The notes under the pieces: generated by a model
Databases searched by the model: none
What the model saw: only the letters and a program-made list of their open reading frames with translations
What the model was told of the DNA's origin: nothing
Assembly (NCBI RefSeq): GCF_009914755.1
Contig: NC_060928.1
Origin: the human T2T-CHM13v2.0 reference genome, Homo sapiens
Strand: one strand, 5' to 3'
Length of the DNA: 64,000 nt
Program-made: the position numbers and the translations under genes
Shown: positions 60,603 through 64,000 of the stretch, in pieces
Layout of the letters: each line of letters starts with the position of its first letter
Position numbering within the stretch: position 1 is the first letter of the stretch

Positions 60603-63600
60603 ACTAGATTAGAAAAATTAGGCTACCAAATCAAAGAAAATGAATGAGAATCATAGTTTAGCTGGCATCTAGAATCATCAAAAAGAGAGAACGATAAACT
60701 CGCCTCCCTCCAGGAAGTTAGTAAAAAAAAAAATTGAAATTGTCTCAGAGTTAAAGAAATCAGTAGAACCACTTCTGAAATCAGGAAGGCTCCAGAAACT
60801 GTCTCCTCTGCTGCTTCTCCTGACCCTCTGCTCTCTGAACTTCCTTGTCTGGACAATTTCATTTTTTCCTCCTCCTTCCCCTACTCCCTTTCCTCAAGCC
60901 ACAGGGGGATCAGAAATAGCTGGAGAAAATAAAATAGTAGTTGGTCCTTTTTAGAGTAAAAACCAAAGGCACAGAGGATCCTAACATAATATATACCCCC
61001 TATACCAAGTCAGAGTTGAAGACCCTGGTATCTAGATTCCTCAATCCGACTTAAGATCCCTTTGGGTTTGCTAAGGAATTCCAATTAACATTTCAGACTT
61101 ATGATCCAGAGTTCTCTCACCTATATCAGCTGATTGAGTTACTGATCCCCAAAAACAAAGCTGAAAAATGGTTTAGAGTAGCAGCCTTTAATATTCTAAA
61201 GGCTGGAAACAGATTCGTGTCAGGCCTCTGAGCCCAAGCCTGCACGTATACGTACAGATGGCCTGAAGCAACTGAAGAATCACAAAAGAAGCAAAAATGG
61301 CTGGTTCCTGTCTTAACTGATGACATTACCTTGTGAAATTCCTTCTCCTGGCTCAGAAGCTCCCCCACTGAGCACCTTGTGTCCTCTGCCCCTGCCCGCA
61401 AGAGAACAACCCCCTTTGACTGTAATTTTCCACTAACTACTCAAATCCTATAAAGCTGCCCCACCCCTGTCTCCCTTTGCTGACTCCTTTTTTGGACTCA
61501 GCCCACCTGCACCCAGGTGATCAGAAAGCTTTATTGCTCACACAAAGCCTGTTTGGTGGTCTCTTCACACCGACATGCGTGACAATTAGATCTTTAGAAG
61601 ATTTTGACAAAATAGATGCAACTGAAAGAGAAAAATGCAGAGAGCTTTGCAATCACCTCTGTGAAACTACCACAGATATTACCCAAGGTTATAGATTGGG
61701 CAAAGGTACAACAACGCAAAATATGCTCAAACGAAATCCTACCTGACTCTTATATCAGGTGTTAAAAGACATTCAGTTTTCAGGAATACCTCCTGAAAAC
61801 GTTAAGCACAGTGGAAGTGACACTTTACTAAATTCTGGGTTTATTCAAGGTTTATATAAGGAGTTAGCAAGCCTAATAAGGAGGAATAATGTGGCTTGGG
61901 CTTCCTTGCCCACTAACCACCTAGTCACTCTAGCTGACCAGTTGTCACAAATAGTCATTAAGAAAGAAAACAGTCTCTAAAATTATGAGTTTACAACTAA
62001 AACAGCTTAGTAACCAAGTTGGGAGTTTGCAAGGGTCCCATGGTCCCTAGAGATCTAAGTGACCCCAAGAAGAAGCAATTTGCCACCATTGCAAAAAGAA
62101 AGGACATTTTAAAAAAGAATGCAAAAAACTTAAATGGGTGCTTACATAAATGAGGCAAAGGGCCCCGGATGAAGACACCAGAACAACTCAAAAATTAGAA
62201 ACGGGATGTTCCGAGGGAATAGAGAGGGCTTTCCCCCTGCTTCTAACTAATGCTTTGGGAGTAGAAATATCCATAAATTGGGAAAACACCAAAGCCCTTA
62301 TCGACACTGGCACTACACTGTCAGTCCTCTCAACTCCAACTTGATTAAAAACCCTCTCCCTCGGAGTAAAGAAAAAGTCCAAATGGTAGGGGTTTAAAAA
62401 TCTGCTGTTACAGCCTTTAAATCAAATCCTCTTCAATTTCAATTAGGGTAACTAGTGGGGCATCACTTTTTTCTTATAGTAGATAGTGCCCCCATACACC
62501 TGCTGGGACAGGATTTCCTAGAGACCCTTAATGCTTACATCTCATTTTCACAAAAGGGAGAAATGATTCTCAACTTGGAAGACACAGAAGACTTACAAAA
62601 GTCCACATGTAATATGCTTGTGAAAGTTAATCAAGATTCTGGACAGGAAGAATTAGAGCCTTTTTTATCTAAGGTACCAGACCTCCTCCACAGAGGAGGA
62701 CTTCCACTCCTCTGTGGAAGGGCAAGCTCTTCCACAGATATTGGAAGAATTCAATCAGCAGTCCCTATAAAGAAGCCTTATGGAATACCAAGACAAGGGT
62801 ATACTTAGGTGTAACCTCCACTCACCTAACAATCAGCAGTTCTGGATTGACTCCATTTATCCAAATTGTACAAATGCCATCAGTATACAATGACAACAGC
62901 ATTTCTGGTGGATGCCTCAAAATTGGCCATCCAAAAAACTAAAGCGTGACCTCACTGGAGGAGTTGGAGCTGGGCTAGGCATACTGGGGCAAGCTGAATT
63001 TATGACTAATGAAGAAAGATGTTCTTTAGAAAAAAATTCCCTATCAAAAATAAGCCACTTAGAAGTAATACTATTCCAGGAAGAGGGAAAAGGATGGGAA
63101 GCTGCTTTAAAAAGATAATGCAGCACTCATCAAATGGACAGAAGAAACCAGACGAACCATAAAAACATACTCCCAAAACCAAAGATGGGAACAAGCATGT
63201 ACTCTTACTCAACAGGGGCTCATTTTATTACAAATGGCATCTGAGGTGGCTATGGAGCAATGGCCTACAATCCTAAGTGCTGAGGCACAATCCAAACACC
63301 TGTGGAAACTATATGTCCCCCCAAACTTATGGAGATTTTTGGATGGTAAATGTGACCTTAAAAATTGTATTCTTAGAGCACAGGTACTGAAGTTAAATGA
63401 GGCTTAAAGGTACTCTGCCATCCAACTGGCAGGCATTGGGACTATTGTAAACAATACAAGACTATTCCCCCTGGGAAACACGTGTGCTATTTTAGCTGGT
63501 AATAACACATGGCATACCATCTCCCTTTCAGATTGTGAAAACAGAAAAAGAGAATGGCTATGCCTTCAAACCATTTGGAATCCTGATTTTTCCCAAACTT

Positions 63601-64000
63601 GGCCTCTAATATCCACCCTCATGGAATATAGTATCTGGTATATAGGGAAGGGCTACTTCTGTTGGGAGGGACAACAAAATGACACTGTAGAATTCTATGA
63701 CTTCCCCTGTGAAAAAAAAACCTCCTTTTCTCTCCCAAGTATCAGCATATGCTGCAATACAAAAGTGGTGGGAAAAATAGATTTGTCCACTGTTAACAAT
63801 TTTCATAACAATTTAGACATGGAGGAACAGGCATTCCTCACATTTGATTTATACCCTCCTCAGGGTGTTATACCTATGGAGATAAACTGGCCAGAAGAGA
63901 GATTAAAGTTATTGGATTCTGATTAACTGCCAGCCCTGCAATCCTCAAATAAGATTTATGGTAAAGTTCAAATGACCCTTGATAAGAAGGATAAACACAT
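60603..64000 (+). pseudogene. Decayed ERV internal region: gag, protease, start of pol, env-like
   Basis: Capsid-like DPFGFAKEFQLTFQTYDP; zinc knuckle CHHCKKKGHFKKEC (62081-62122); protease ALIDTGTTLSVL and PIHLLGQDFL; furin-like KLKR followed by DLTGGVGAGLGILG. Many stops and frameshifts. Confidence 0.82.
61218..61584 (+). mobile_element. HERV-H solo LTR (LTR7 family) nested in ERV gag
   Basis: tgtcaggcctctgagcccaagc...gcctgtttggtggtctcttcacac...gtgaca; 5-bp TSD ATTCG/ATTAG. Confidence 0.9.

Overview
This is primate genomic DNA, almost certainly human, from the NPFFR2 (GPR74, neuropeptide FF receptor 2) locus on the + strand. It is not prokaryotic. Three coding exons (16575-16902, 26019-26118, 34957-35791) join through canonical GT-AG introns into 1263 nt, i.e. 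420 aa plus stop, encoding a class A GPCR. The 5' exon(s) and promoter appear to lie upstream of the window. Most of the rest is transposon-derived: several L1s, Alus, a 968-bp HERV-K solo LTR next to an exon, MER11/MLT2/MST/MLT1/MER21/LTR7 LTRs, hAT DNA transposons, and a decayed gag-pro-env ERV at the right end. I found no convincing novel multi-gene system. The most interesting signals are: (1) an L1 3' transduction bounded by a 16-bp TSD; (2) a tract of shared private mutations, probably gene conversion, between two inverted L1s flanking the first two coding exons; (3) a 435-nt stop-free in-frame circle those two exons could form; (4) an L1 with ORF1 deleted up to the ORF2 ATG; (5) template-switch hairpin scars; (6) a 75-bp templated insertion framed by inverted repeats; (7) a palindromic cluster of five AP-1 motifs; (8) a near-adjacent inverted AluY pair. 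Repeat subfamily names come from recalled consensus sequences and need Dfam/RepeatMasker confirmation.
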